From Candidatus Bathyarchaeia archaeon (lineage in GTDB: Archaea; Thermoproteota; Bathyarchaeia; Bathyarchaeales; Bathycorpusculaceae), in NCBI GenBank assembly GCA_049521795.1, contig JBEKOM010000003.1, positions 64,001 through 128,000 on the forward strand: DNA of 64,000 nucleotides, given 5' to 3'. The translations under genes and the position numbers were made by a program. Below, piece after piece: positions 37,806 through 47,092 of this stretch; the first letter of the stretch is position 1, and each line of letters begins with the position of its first letter. The notes under the pieces are model-generated. The model saw nothing but the letters and a program-made list of their open reading frames with translations, made no database searches and was not told the DNA's origin.

Positions 37806-37970
37806 ATGGGAAAACAGAAACCTAAGAAGGAAAAAAAATTAGGGAAAGGTGCAAGGCCGTGCAGCAGATGCGGGTCTTATGGTCCAATCATCCGACGTTA
37901 CAATTTATATCTGTGCCGGCACTGTTTTAGGGAAGTAGCCAAAAAACTCGGCTTCAAAAAATACGAGTGA
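37806..37970 (+). CDS. rps14: 30S ribosomal protein uS14 (Zn-binding; not in ORF track)
   Basis: Own translation: [54 protein letters not shown]. Confidence 0.96.
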   Translation: MGKQKPKKEKKLGKGARPCSRCGSYGPIIRRYNLYLCRHCFREVAKKLGFKKYE

Positions 37971-37982
37971 CAGAGGAAAAGC

Positions 37983-38369
37983 ATGATGGACACCTTGGCA
38001 AACGGGTTGACAACAGTCATCAACAACGAAATGCGAAACAAGCACGAATGCATAATCAGCCCAGCCTCTAAACTCTTAGGCCGAGTCCTGAGAATCATGC
38101 AACTGAACGGTTACATCGGTGAATTCGAGTTCATAGACGATGGCCGCGCTGGAAAATTCAAGGTTCAGCTGCTTGGAAGAATAAACAAGTGTGGAGCCAT
38201 CAGGCCACGGTTTTCACTCAAAGCAGACCAGTTTGAAGAATGGGAAAAAGAGTTCCTCCCGTCGAGAGAAGTGGGCTTGCTAGTCGTCTCAACTCCTGCT
38301 GGCGTGCTGTCACACAAGGACGCGAAGGAAAAACGCGCTGGAGGTAAACTGCTAGCCTTCATTTACTAA
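37983..38369 (+). CDS. rps8: 30S ribosomal protein uS8
   Basis: GYIGEFEFIDDGRAG, GRINKCGAI, GGKLLAFIY. Confidence 0.96.
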   Translation: MMDTLANGLTTVINNEMRNKHECIISPASKLLGRVLRIMQLNGYIGEFEFIDDGRAGKFKVQLLGRINKCGAIRPRFSLKADQFEEWEKEFLPSREVGLLVVSTPAGVLSHKDAKEKRAGGKLLAFIY

Positions 38370-38382
38370 GGGATGTTCAAAA

Positions 38383-38931
38383 ATGCGAGTCCCAAAAAAG
38401 TCCGAAACCATTCAAGTCCCAGAGGATGTCGAAGTAGGCCTTGAAGGAAGAAAAATCACGGTGAAAGGTTCGAAAGGAACACTGACACGCGACTTTTCTC
38501 ACGAGCCTATTTCAATCGAACTTGACGGCAAAACGATTCGGGTTTCGGCTGAATGGCCTCGAAAAAGGGAAGCGGCACTCGTGGGCACAATTCGTTCGCA
38601 CATTCAGAACATGATCACAGGCGTCAGGAAGGGTTTTACTTACAAGCTCAAAATCGTCTTCTCACACTTCCCAGTCTCAGCTAAGCTCAAGGAAAGGACA
38701 GTTCTTGTTGAAAACTTCACTGGCGAGCGAAACCCAAGAAAGGCCAAAATAATGGGTAACGTTGAAGTCAACATCCAAGGAGAAGACATCCTCGTTCGCG
38801 GAATAAACCTGGAAGACGTGAGCCAGACTGCAGCAAACATTGAACAAGCTACGAAGGTGAAGAGGAAAGACCCGCGCATCTTCTTAGACGGGCTTTACGT
38901 TTACGAACAAGCCGAAGGGATGGAAGGATGA
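38383..38931 (+). CDS. rpl6: 50S ribosomal protein uL6
   Basis: SHIQNMITGV, SHFP, NFTGE, KDPRIFLDGLY. Confidence 0.96.
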   Translation: MRVPKKSETIQVPEDVEVGLEGRKITVKGSKGTLTRDFSHEPISIELDGKTIRVSAEWPRKREAALVGTIRSHIQNMITGVRKGFTYKLKIVFSHFPVSAKLKERTVLVENFTGERNPRKAKIMGNVEVNIQGEDILVRGINLEDVSQTAANIEQATKVKRKDPRIFLDGLYVYEQAEGMEG

Positions 38932-39500
38932 CAGAGCCAAACGCGGTCACACGTAAAAGAGCTCTGAAACTGAGAGAGCGCGTTAAGAAAGGAAAACCAA
39001 AGTTTGCGAGGCCAGAGAGCTGGCGATACGTGCGTCTGAAGGAAAACTGGCGCAACCCACGAGGCTTGGACAACAAGGTCAGAATGTACATCAAAGGCTG
39101 GCCTCCACCAGTGAGTTCTGGATACGGAGGGCCGCGGGTTTCCAGGGGTCTTCACCCCTCAGGCTATGAGGAGATCCTGGTTTACAACGTTGAACAGGTC
39201 AGCAAAGTAACACCGAACACTCAGGCAATGCGCATCGCCCACACAGTTGGCAAAAGAAAGCGAACCAAAATCCTTGCAGAAGCAAGAAAAAGGAAAATAG
39301 TCGTTCTCAACCTGAGGCAGACCAGAGAAACAGCTGGGAAGAAGTCGGCAGAAGAGAAGGAAGAGAAAGAAGAGAGAGAAGAGGAAGGAGCCGAAGAAGC
39401 GCAAGGGCAACCCAAAGAAGCGGAAGAAACCCGCGCAACAGAGAAAGCACAGTCGGAAGAAAAGACCAAGAGACGTAAAGGGAAGGCGAAGGAGCAATGA
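38928..39500 (+). CDS. rpl32e: 50S ribosomal protein eL32 with charged tail
   Basis: KPKFARPESWRY, WRNPRGLDNK, RGLHPSG. Confidence 0.95.
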   Translation: MTEPNAVTRKRALKLRERVKKGKPKFARPESWRYVRLKENWRNPRGLDNKVRMYIKGWPPPVSSGYGGPRVSRGLHPSGYEEILVYNVEQVSKVTPNTQAMRIAHTVGKRKRTKILAEARKRKIVVLNLRQTRETAGKKSAEEKEEKEEREEEGAEEAQGQPKEAEETRATEKAQSEEKTKRRKGKAKEQ

Positions 39501-39952
39501 CAGGCCTCCGAATTCAGCGCCGCCTTGCGGCTCAAATAATGAAGGTTGGGCGAAACCGCGTCTGGATAGACCCTGAAAGAACGGTTGACGTGGAAACCGC
39601 GATGACTCGTGACGAAATCAGAAGACTCGTCCACCAAGGCACCATAAAATCACTGCCCGTAACGGGTGTGAGCCGTGCGAGAGCCCGAATCCTGCACGAA
39701 AAGAAAAAGAAGGGAAGACGAAGAGGTCCTGGGAGCAGAACCGGCTCTGCGAAGGCAAGAGTTTCAAAGAAAGAGGCCTGGATGAGCAAGATTAGGGCTT
39801 TAAGAAAGAGGCTTCAAGAACTAAAAGCGAAAAAGGTCTTCCCTGAAAGTGCCTACCAAAAACTTTACAGAATGGCGGGCAGCGGCAGGTTTGAATCGGT
39901 TGCTGACTTGGAGCGCTACCTGAAGGCGCATGAGCTCTGGAGGAAACGTTAA
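39497..39952 (+). CDS. rpl19e: 50S ribosomal protein eL19
   Basis: QRRLAA, RVWIDP, GRRRGPGSRTG. Confidence 0.96.
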   Translation: MTGLRIQRRLAAQIMKVGRNRVWIDPERTVDVETAMTRDEIRRLVHQGTIKSLPVTGVSRARARILHEKKKKGRRRGPGSRTGSAKARVSKKEAWMSKIRALRKRLQELKAKKVFPESAYQKLYRMAGSGRFESVADLERYLKAHELWRKR

Positions 39953-40560
39953 TGGCGAAAAACGCACGCTACTGCACCAAATTCCGTCGCAGAAGAGAAG
40001 GAAAAACGGACTACAGGGCTAGAAAAGCCTTCATACTTTCTGGCAAACCTCGGCTGGTGACTCGCACAAGCATCAACAACACGACTGCCCAGATAATCGT
40101 CGCCAAGCCGAGAGGAGACCAAGTTCTCATCTCAGCCCACAGCAGGGAACTTGCCAAGAAGTACGGATGGAAAGCCCCTCGGGGGAACCTTCCAGCAGCA
40201 TATCTCACCGGCTTCTTGTGCGGCCTGAAGGCCAAGGCTCACGGGATAGGAGAAGCAATCCTAGACATAGGACTCTATCCGCCTTCCAAGGGAGCAAGAG
40301 TTTTCGCCGTGCTCAGGGGAGTCTTGGACGCAAAGGTAAACGTCCCCCACAGCGAGGAAAAATTGCCCGATGAAAAGAGAATCGGAGGCGAACACATCGC
40401 CAAGTACGCAGAAGGCCTTGCGACCAACGCTGAAGAGTATCAGACAAGGTTCTCAAAATACTTGGAGCAGAAAATTCGACCAGAAACTCTTCCGAAACAC
40501 TTCGCAAAAGTCAAGTCGGACATGGTTGCCGCATTCAAAAGCAGAGGTAAGAAGAATTGA
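39952..40560 (+). CDS. rpl18: 50S ribosomal protein uL18
   Basis: FRRRREGKTDY, NLPAAYLTG, AILDIG. Confidence 0.96.
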   Translation: MAKNARYCTKFRRRREGKTDYRARKAFILSGKPRLVTRTSINNTTAQIIVAKPRGDQVLISAHSRELAKKYGWKAPRGNLPAAYLTGFLCGLKAKAHGIGEAILDIGLYPPSKGARVFAVLRGVLDAKVNVPHSEEKLPDEKRIGGEHIAKYAEGLATNAEEYQTRFSKYLEQKIRPETLPKHFAKVKSDMVAAFKSRGKKN

Positions 40561-41231
40561 CGTTCAGAGGCCGTAGGAGAGACAATAGGAGAGACCGTGC
40601 GAGAGAATCGTCAGAAAGGATGGAGCATTGGGTTCCAAGAACTCGCTTAGGAAAGATGATTCAAGAGGGCAGAATCACCTCGATCGAAGAAGTTTTTATG
40701 GCAGGTCTGCAGGTGCGCGAGTCTCAGATTGTTGATGCTTTGATACCGGACCTCCAAGAAGAAGTCATAAACATAAACCTGGTTCAAAAACAGACCGATG
40801 CAGGCGAAAAATCTAGGTTCAAAGCAATCGTTGCGGTTGGAAATAGAGACGGCTACATAGGCTTGGGCTCGGGAAAAGCCAGCCAGGTGCGGAACGCAAT
40901 AGAAAAAGCGGCCACAGACGCCCGGTTGAAGATCGTTCCGGTCAGACGCGGATGCGGAAGCTGGGAATGCGGGTGCGGAAGACCACACTCGATACCCTTC
41001 CAGATCGAGGGTAAAACCGGCGGAGTGAGAGTGATTTTTGTCCCCGGCCCCAGAGGCTTAGGCATCGTGGCAAGTGAAGTGTCAAAGGTGATACTCGGCC
41101 TATCAGGCGTGAAAGACTGTTGGACCCGAACCTACGGTTCAACAAGAACCATTCCCTCATTTGCGTACGCGGTTTTTGACGCGTTGAAGCAGACGTATGG
41201 TCTCATAACTCCGACAGACTGGGTGAGATAG
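40557..41231 (+). CDS. rps5: 30S ribosomal protein uS5
   Basis: WVPRTRLG, QKQTDAG, RRGCGSWECGCG, PGPRGLG. Confidence 0.96.
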   Translation: MTFRGRRRDNRRDRARESSERMEHWVPRTRLGKMIQEGRITSIEEVFMAGLQVRESQIVDALIPDLQEEVININLVQKQTDAGEKSRFKAIVAVGNRDGYIGLGSGKASQVRNAIEKAATDARLKIVPVRRGCGSWECGCGRPHSIPFQIEGKTGGVRVIFVPGPRGLGIVASEVSKVILGLSGVKDCWTRTYGSTRTIPSFAYAVFDALKQTYGLITPTDWVR

Positions 41232-41720
41232 TTGGCTCAAGAAACCAAGGAAAGAAAGTGCATCGCAGTCGTGAGAATTCGCGGAACCGTTAGCGCTTCG
41301 ATGCAGGCTAGAGAAACCCTGCAGATGTTGCATTTGACGAGGAACAACTATGCCGTGCTGATCGATGACAGACCGTCATATCTTGGGATGCTGAAAACCG
41401 CTCGGGACTACATAACGTACGGCGAACCTTCGAAGGAACTTGTCACCATGATGATAAGAGCGAAAGGAAGAGTCGCCGGTGACAAGAAACTGACGGACGA
41501 ATACGCACAGAAGACTGGTTTCAAGTCCCTTGATGATCTGGCAGAAGCAACTCACACCTGCCGCTTCGAATACTGGAAACTGCCCAGCATACAGCCCGTC
41601 TTCAGGCTCCACCCGCCAACCAAGGGTTTCAAGGGAAAGATCAAAAGAGGATACGGCTCAGGCGGGGAGCTGGGATACCGCGGAGAGAAAATCAACGAAC
41701 TCATGAGAAGAATGCTCTAA
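41232..41720 (+). CDS. rpl30: 50S ribosomal protein uL30
   Basis: VVRIRG, TYGE, FRLHPPTKGF, GELGYRG. Confidence 0.95.
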   Translation: MAQETKERKCIAVVRIRGTVSASMQARETLQMLHLTRNNYAVLIDDRPSYLGMLKTARDYITYGEPSKELVTMMIRAKGRVAGDKKLTDEYAQKTGFKSLDDLAEATHTCRFEYWKLPSIQPVFRLHPPTKGFKGKIKRGYGSGGELGYRGEKINELMRRML

Positions 41721-41811
41721 GACTCCGCGGCTGCACTCGTTTTTTGCGTTCCGTTTGCGATACGTTTTATAGTTGCTTTTCAGATGCCATGTATGCGAGG
41801 GGAGGACAAAG

Positions 41812-42267
41812 TTGAGCGCGAGATGGCGGAGAAACAAAAAAAGGTTGAGAAAATTCAACATCTTCAAAGTCTTCAACAAGGTTAAAGAAAAAAGTCCTCC
41901 TAGAACATTTCGCGTCAAGAGTTCAACTTCCAAGCGGCGCGCAGTCGCGTCCAGATACAAGGTTGAAAAAATACCTGAGGAAAAGTTGAAGGACCCCAAG
42001 CCGCTGATCGACATCGTTGAAGAAGACGAAGAGATAGCAGTTTTCGCAGAGTTCGCAGGTTTCAACAGAGAAAACCTGAGAATCAACGTTAAAAACCAGA
42101 AGCTAACCCTGTCCGCTAGGACTTCGGACCGCAAGTACCACAAAAGCTTAAATCTTCCAAAAAGAGTGATTCCCGACACTATATGCACAACGTATAAGAA
42201 TGGCGTTCTCGAAATACGATTAAAAAAGGCTGTTGAAGAGAAGACAATAAACAAAGTGGCTGGTTAA
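41812..42267 (+). CDS. Hsp20/alpha-crystallin family protein
   Basis: PLIDIVEEDEEIAVFAEFAG...RKYHKSLNLP...YKNGVLEIRL; GGAGG before TTG 41812; TTTTATA at 41765. Confidence 0.85.
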   Translation: MSARWRRNKKRLRKFNIFKVFNKVKEKSPPRTFRVKSSTSKRRAVASRYKVEKIPEEKLKDPKPLIDIVEEDEEIAVFAEFAGFNRENLRINVKNQKLTLSARTSDRKYHKSLNLPKRVIPDTICTTYKNGVLEIRLKKAVEEKTINKVAG

Positions 42268-42270
42268 ACG

Positions 42271-42720
42271 ATGCCGCACAAGCTGAGAAGAACTAGAAAG
42301 AGACGGGGTTCAAGAACTCAAGGCTGGGGTAGGGTAGGTCAGCACAGGAGAACAGGATCGAAGGGCAGCCGCAACCCTGGTCGACACAAGGCGCTGTGGT
42401 CCTACATCATCAAGTACGAGCCAAATTATTATGGGAAAAACGGCTTCACATCTGCCAAGAGTCTCAGGGAAAAAGTGAACGTAATAAACGTTGGGACACT
42501 CGACGGAATGGCTGAAAAGTTCGCCGTGGAGAAGGAGGAAGGCAAGTCTTTCATCGATTTGGAAAGCCTCGGCTACACGAAGCTTCTTGGCACCGGCAAG
42601 ATAAGCAAGGCCCTCGTCGTGAAAGTGCCAGCGTTTTCAAAGTCAGCGGCTGAAAAAATAAAGTCTGCCGGCGGGCAAGTCTTGGAAGTAGAAGAAGAGA
42701 AACAGGAAACTGGAGCGTAG
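42271..42720 (+). CDS. rpl15: 50S ribosomal protein uL15
   Basis: RKRRGSRTQGWG, GKNGF, KLLGTG, KIKSAGG. Confidence 0.95.
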   Translation: MPHKLRRTRKRRGSRTQGWGRVGQHRRTGSKGSRNPGRHKALWSYIIKYEPNYYGKNGFTSAKSLREKVNVINVGTLDGMAEKFAVEKEEGKSFIDLESLGYTKLLGTGKISKALVVKVPAFSKSAAEKIKSAGGQVLEVEEEKQETGA

Positions 42721-42730
42721 CGATTAGCCC

Positions 42731-44206
42731 ATGGTCGGTAGGTTTCTCTCGATATTCAAGCCTATTGCAAGAGTCATACCAGAAATAAAACTTCCAGAAC
42801 GCAGGGTCCGGTTCAACGAAAAAATCTTCTGGACCGGGCTTGTCCTGATAATCTTCTTAATCATGTCAGAGGTTCCTCTCTACGGAATTCAGACGAGCGC
42901 ACTGGGACAGCTTGCAGCTCTAAGGATCATTTTTGCCTCAAGCCGCGGCAGCCTCATGGAGCTTGGAATAGGCCCAATAGTGACTGCAGGGTTGATACTG
43001 CAGCTCCTCGCCGGCTCAAACATGATTGAAGCCGACATGAGCAACCCTGAAGACAGGAGCCTGTTCACAACAGCAAGCAAAGTCTTCTCCATTGCTCTCA
43101 CAGGCGTTCAAGCAGCAGCTTACATAGTCGGCGGCATGTACGGCACCCTGCCAGGAACTACGGCAGTTATCGTCTTCCTGCAATTAGTCGCGGCGGGAGT
43201 CGTTGTGCTATTAATGGATGAGCTTGTCCAGAAAGGATGGGGGTTCGGCAGCGGAATAAGCCTGTTCATCATGGCAGGCGTCGCACAGCGCATCTTCTGG
43301 CAGTCCTTCTCGCCTGCACCTGCCATCGGTCAAACGGGAGCCTACGGATTCTTCGTTCAATTAGGTGAATCCCTGTCTTCAGGTCAATCGCTATCGAACC
43401 TTTGGCTTAGACAATACGTGGACACCACGGGCAAGGTAGTCTCATCAAACCCAACGCTGCTAGGATTCATAGCCACGGTCATCGCTTTCTTGATAATAAT
43501 CTACATGGAAGGCGTCAGAGTCGAACTGCCTTTATCCTACGCTGGCTACAAGGGTTACCGCAGCAGATACCCGATAAAACTCTTGTACGTGTCGAACCTG
43601 CCAGTTATTTTCGCTTCCGCCCTTTTCGCTAACGTTTACTTCTTCTCGCAACTCTTCTGGAGCATGAACCACCAGCCGGTCCCAGGGGCAAACCCATGGC
43701 TTGACATTCTGTGTCAGTTCACGGTCGTGCAGCCTCCTACTGGGTCAACTGCGCAGCCAACGATAACGCCCTCAGGAGGCATCGTCTACTACGTGCTGGC
43801 ACCAACCAGCTTCACAAGCGTCATGCAAGACCCGTGGAAGGCCCTTGGTTATCTCGGAATTCTCATCGCCTTTTGCGTCATCTTCTCGCTCACCTGGCTT
43901 GAGGTCGGCGGTCTAGGGCCGTCTACAGTTGCACAACAGCTCGTGGATGCTGGCATGCAGATTCCGGGATACAGACGATCAGGAAAGGCCATAGAATCGA
44001 TACTCAAACGTTACATTCCGGCCGTCACTGTGCTCGGCGGAATAGCAGTCGGACTTGTCGCAGGGCTCACGGACTTCTTCGGAGTCTTCGGTTCAGGGAT
44101 CGGCATTCTGCTATCCGTAGGAATAATTTACCAGTACTACGAATCGCTGATGCAGGAAAGAGCAGCTGAAATGTATCCGGCGTTCAGGCGCATATTCGGA
44201 GAATAG
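42731..44206 (+). CDS. secY: Preprotein translocase SecY
   Basis: GSLMELGIGPIVTAG, KGWGFGSGISLFI, YPIKLLYVSNLP, QIPGYR. Confidence 0.97.
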   Translation: MVGRFLSIFKPIARVIPEIKLPERRVRFNEKIFWTGLVLIIFLIMSEVPLYGIQTSALGQLAALRIIFASSRGSLMELGIGPIVTAGLILQLLAGSNMIEADMSNPEDRSLFTTASKVFSIALTGVQAAAYIVGGMYGTLPGTTAVIVFLQLVAAGVVVLLMDELVQKGWGFGSGISLFIMAGVAQRIFWQSFSPAPAIGQTGAYGFFVQLGESLSSGQSLSNLWLRQYVDTTGKVVSSNPTLLGFIATVIAFLIIIYMEGVRVELPLSYAGYKGYRSRYPIKLLYVSNLPVIFASALFANVYFFSQLFWSMNHQPVPGANPWLDILCQFTVVQPPTGSTAQPTITPSGGIVYYVLAPTSFTSVMQDPWKALGYLGILIAFCVIFSLTWLEVGGLGPSTVAQQLVDAGMQIPGYRRSGKAIESILKRYIPAVTVLGGIAVGLVAGLTDFFGVFGSGIGILLSVGIIYQYYESLMQERAAEMYPAFRRIFGE

Positions 44207-44209
44207 CTC

Positions 44210-44797
44210 ATGAACAGGACGATAATCGTTACTGGAATACCTGGAACTGGAAAGACCACGGTCTGCAGTTTCATCGAGAAGCTTGCAGAAAAAGCCGGCG
44301 TTGAAGTCAACGTGATAAACTATGGAACAGTCATGATGGAGATCCTTCATAAATCCGGGAGACCCATGGAAAGAGACGCGATGAGGAAGGACAGCGTAGA
44401 AACTCAACGCAAACTGCAGAGACAGGTCGCCGAGATAGTTGCTCAGAGAACAACGGCGTTCAAGGGCCTAACAGTCATCGACACGCACATGTCGATAAAG
44501 ACTCCTGAAGGATATTTTCCAGGTCTCTCGTGCAACAACCTGCCGCTGTTGAAGCCTGAAATGCTCGTGCTTGTTGAAGCCCAGCCAAGCGAAATATCTT
44601 CAAGAAGAATGAAGGACGCTGGCAGAAAAAGAGACACTTCCTTAGAGGATTCTGTTAAGGAAGAGCTCACTTTTTCACGGGCAATTGCTGGCGCGTGCGC
44701 CGTATTTATGAGTGCGCCTGTAAAAATAGTTGTAAACGCTGAGGGAAAACCTCAAGAAGCCGCGAAGGACATACTCAGGGCTATGGGAGTCGTGTAG
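44210..44797 (+). CDS. adkA: Archaeal adenylate kinase
   Basis: GIPGTGKTT, INYG, RDAMRK, IDTH, TPEGYFPGL. Confidence 0.94.
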   Translation: MNRTIIVTGIPGTGKTTVCSFIEKLAEKAGVEVNVINYGTVMMEILHKSGRPMERDAMRKDSVETQRKLQRQVAEIVAQRTTAFKGLTVIDTHMSIKTPEGYFPGLSCNNLPLLKPEMLVLVEAQPSEISSRRMKDAGRKRDTSLEDSVKEELTFSRAIAGACAVFMSAPVKIVVNAEGKPQEAAKDILRAMGVV

Positions 44798-44935
44798 ATG
44801 TGATGCAAGTGTTGTTGGCGGTACTTGTCCCGACATGTCTAAATATGACTAGAGGATACAGCATTACAAACGGAGCCTTTTCTGTCACGTCTTCCACATC
44901 AATAGGACAAATATGCAAAGTGGCGATATCATACT

Positions 44936-46072
44936 ATGCATGTTACTAAGGGAATGTCAGCTCTCCTAATAATCTCTGTTCTTGTCCTATCTTTATTTAT
45001 ATATTTTATTTCCATATCAAAAGTTGAAGCTGCTAGTGTCAACGAGGGAATATTACAAGACACAGCAGTAAACTATGGAAATCCAGCAACAAATTATGGA
45101 GATTCAGATCCATCAACTGGAGCTCTAGGGAACTTCACAATTACAGCCAATGGCACAGTATCTTTTTCTAGGCTTCTAATGGATCTAAACTTTTCTGGGA
45201 TAAGCCCATCATATACATTAAGTGATGTGACTTTGAACATGTATCTAGGTGCAGATAATCTAAGCACTTCTCCAGATTACTTTTACATAACTGCATATGA
45301 TTTACCATCTTCATTCAATGAAGGTACTGTTACATGGAATAGCATGCCTTCTTATAATACAAGTCTTTATTCAAACACGATCACAATTAATGATTCCACA
45401 TCTGGATGGCAGACCCTAAATATAACCAGTATGTGCTCAACCGTGTGGGCAGCAAATCCACAAATCACTGATATATACATAGTCTTAATTCCGCTTAACA
45501 GCAATGCTTCAGCTAGCTATATGGACAGTTTCTTGATTTATGGGCAAGACATTTCTAATTCATCACTAGCTCCATATGTTACTATAACATATAACATTCC
45601 GCCTATATTGAAGGAGATTCCTCAATCGACACTTTTCATACTCGGCTTAGCCTCATTGATATCGGTATTGACGACTTCTGTGAACCGTCTGCTTACAGAC
45701 CCCCAGAAGACAAAATCTGCACGAAAAGAGGTTACAGAATGGAACAAAGAACTGCGCCAGGCGCAACGCGACAAAGACAAAAAAACCGTCGAAAAACTGA
45801 TGAAAAAGCAACAGTACGTCATGTCGCTTCAAACTAAGATGATGTGGCAATCGATGAAAGTGTCACTGCTGTTTCTGGTTCCACTGCTCCTTATGTGGCA
45901 AGTTCTGGGTGGATTCTACAGCGGGCGAGCCGTAGCTTATCTTCCAGGAATCGGCGCTAATCTTCCATTACCGATTTTCAGCTATTCTCTCATCTGGTTT
46001 TATTTGCTTTGCTCACTCCTATTCGGTACAGCTTTTTCACACGTTTTTGGGTTGATTGAGGTGAGCGAGTAA
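44936..46072 (+). CDS. DUF106/EMC3/TMCO1 (Oxa1-superfamily) protein fused to an N-terminal signal peptide and DNRLRE-like extracellular domain
   Basis: C-terminal ~160 aa: TM, charged coiled coil, QTKMMWQSMK, two TMs ending WFYLLCS, at the canonical secY-adk-DUF106-L34e-cmk position. N-terminal part: DTAV...P.TNYG, R.L.., FNEGTVTWNSMP, GW..LNIT, P.VTITY. Confidence 0.8.
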   Translation: MHVTKGMSALLIISVLVLSLFIYFISISKVEAASVNEGILQDTAVNYGNPATNYGDSDPSTGALGNFTITANGTVSFSRLLMDLNFSGISPSYTLSDVTLNMYLGADNLSTSPDYFYITAYDLPSSFNEGTVTWNSMPSYNTSLYSNTITINDSTSGWQTLNITSMCSTVWAANPQITDIYIVLIPLNSNASASYMDSFLIYGQDISNSSLAPYVTITYNIPPILKEIPQSTLFILGLASLISVLTTSVNRLLTDPQKTKSARKEVTEWNKELRQAQRDKDKKTVEKLMKKQQYVMSLQTKMMWQSMKVSLLFLVPLLLMWQVLGGFYSGRAVAYLPGIGANLPLPIFSYSLIWFYLLCSLLFGTAFSHVFGLIEVSE

Positions 46073-46073
46073 C

Positions 46074-46340
46074 ATGCCGAGACCTGCTGAGCGCACGCGG
46101 AGCAGAAAACGCACGCCCAAACCCCTACCGGGCGGAAAGACTGGCACACAGTTCAGGTATGAGATGGCTGCTCGGCCAATCTGCAGCCGCTGTGGCCGGC
46201 AGTTAGCAGGCGTTTCAAACAGCTCTCCGAAAGTCAGGAAGCTCAACCGAAGCGCAAGGAGAGTTCAGCGTGTCCACGGAGGGCAGCTCTGCCACGACTG
46301 CATCAAGAATGCTTTGAGACAGGCTGCCAGGGCCCTCTAA
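46074..46340 (+). CDS. rpl34e: 50S ribosomal protein eL34
   Basis: MPRP..R, PGG, CSRCG, GGQLCHDC. Confidence 0.92.
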   Translation: MPRPAERTRSRKRTPKPLPGGKTGTQFRYEMAARPICSRCGRQLAGVSNSSPKVRKLNRSARRVQRVHGGQLCHDCIKNALRQAARAL

Positions 46341-46362
46341 GCTGCGTTTCCGAGGTAAGCAG

Positions 46363-46962
46363 ATGGCTCGGTCACAGAAGACTGAGAGAGGACACTCAGC
46401 GCACGTGACAATATGCGTAGGCGGTATGGCGGGAAGTGGAAAAAGCACGCTGGCAAAGAAAATCGCTGAGAAGTATGGGCTCAACTATTTCTCGGGTGGA
46501 GCTGCGTTGATGGCGCTGGCCGTTGAAGAGGGGTACAGGCCTGTTGAACGTGGATGGTGGGAAAGCGGAGAAGGGATGCGGTTTCTGGAAAAGAGAGGTA
46601 GAGACCCTCGGTTCGACCAGGCTGTTGACAAGAAACTCTTGCAAATAGCACAGCAGGGCAACGTGGTCTTAGACAGTTGGACCATGCCGTGGCTTCTCAA
46701 GAAGGGCTTCAAAATATGGCTTGAATCGTCAGCAAAAAAGAGGGCTGAAAGAATATCTGGAAGAGACAAGATAAGCTTCAAAGAGGCTCTTGAAGCGTTG
46801 AAACGCAAAGAGAGGCAGACAAAGGTCATCTACAAGAAAATGTATGGTTTCAATCTGGGAGACGATTATGCTCCGTTCAATTTCATTCTAGACACGGACA
46901 TCCTGAACGAGGAAGAAGTGTTTCAGATCTCGTGCATGGTTTTAGAGAGTCTGGTTCTGTGA
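46363..46962 (+). CDS. cmk: Cytidylate kinase
   Basis: GGMAGSGKST, SGG, D..VD, RAERISGRD; conserved position. Confidence 0.92.
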   Translation: MARSQKTERGHSAHVTICVGGMAGSGKSTLAKKIAEKYGLNYFSGGAALMALAVEEGYRPVERGWWESGEGMRFLEKRGRDPRFDQAVDKKLLQIAQQGNVVLDSWTMPWLLKKGFKIWLESSAKKRAERISGRDKISFKEALEALKRKERQTKVIYKKMYGFNLGDDYAPFNFILDTDILNEEEVFQISCMVLESLVL

Positions 46963-47092
46963 AAGTCATCAGAAAGAGAGACGCGGAATTCTGGCTTCAG
47001 ACAGGTAAAGGGGTTTTCTCGCGCATTAAGACTTAAGTCGCCCCGCAAAATATTTAAACAAATCAAAACTTAGAACAGCTACGATGTACTAG

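Noticed and set aside
44798-44842. ATG-TGA-TGC-AAG-TGT-TGT as a possible selenopeptide
   Set aside because: Only 14 codons, no SECIS seen, and the redox enzymes here use Cys rather than in-frame TGA.
44803-45601. AT-rich insert as a bulge-helix-bulge intron
   Set aside because: I could not find a BHB pairing between the putative junctions, and the insert is in frame with the downstream gene.
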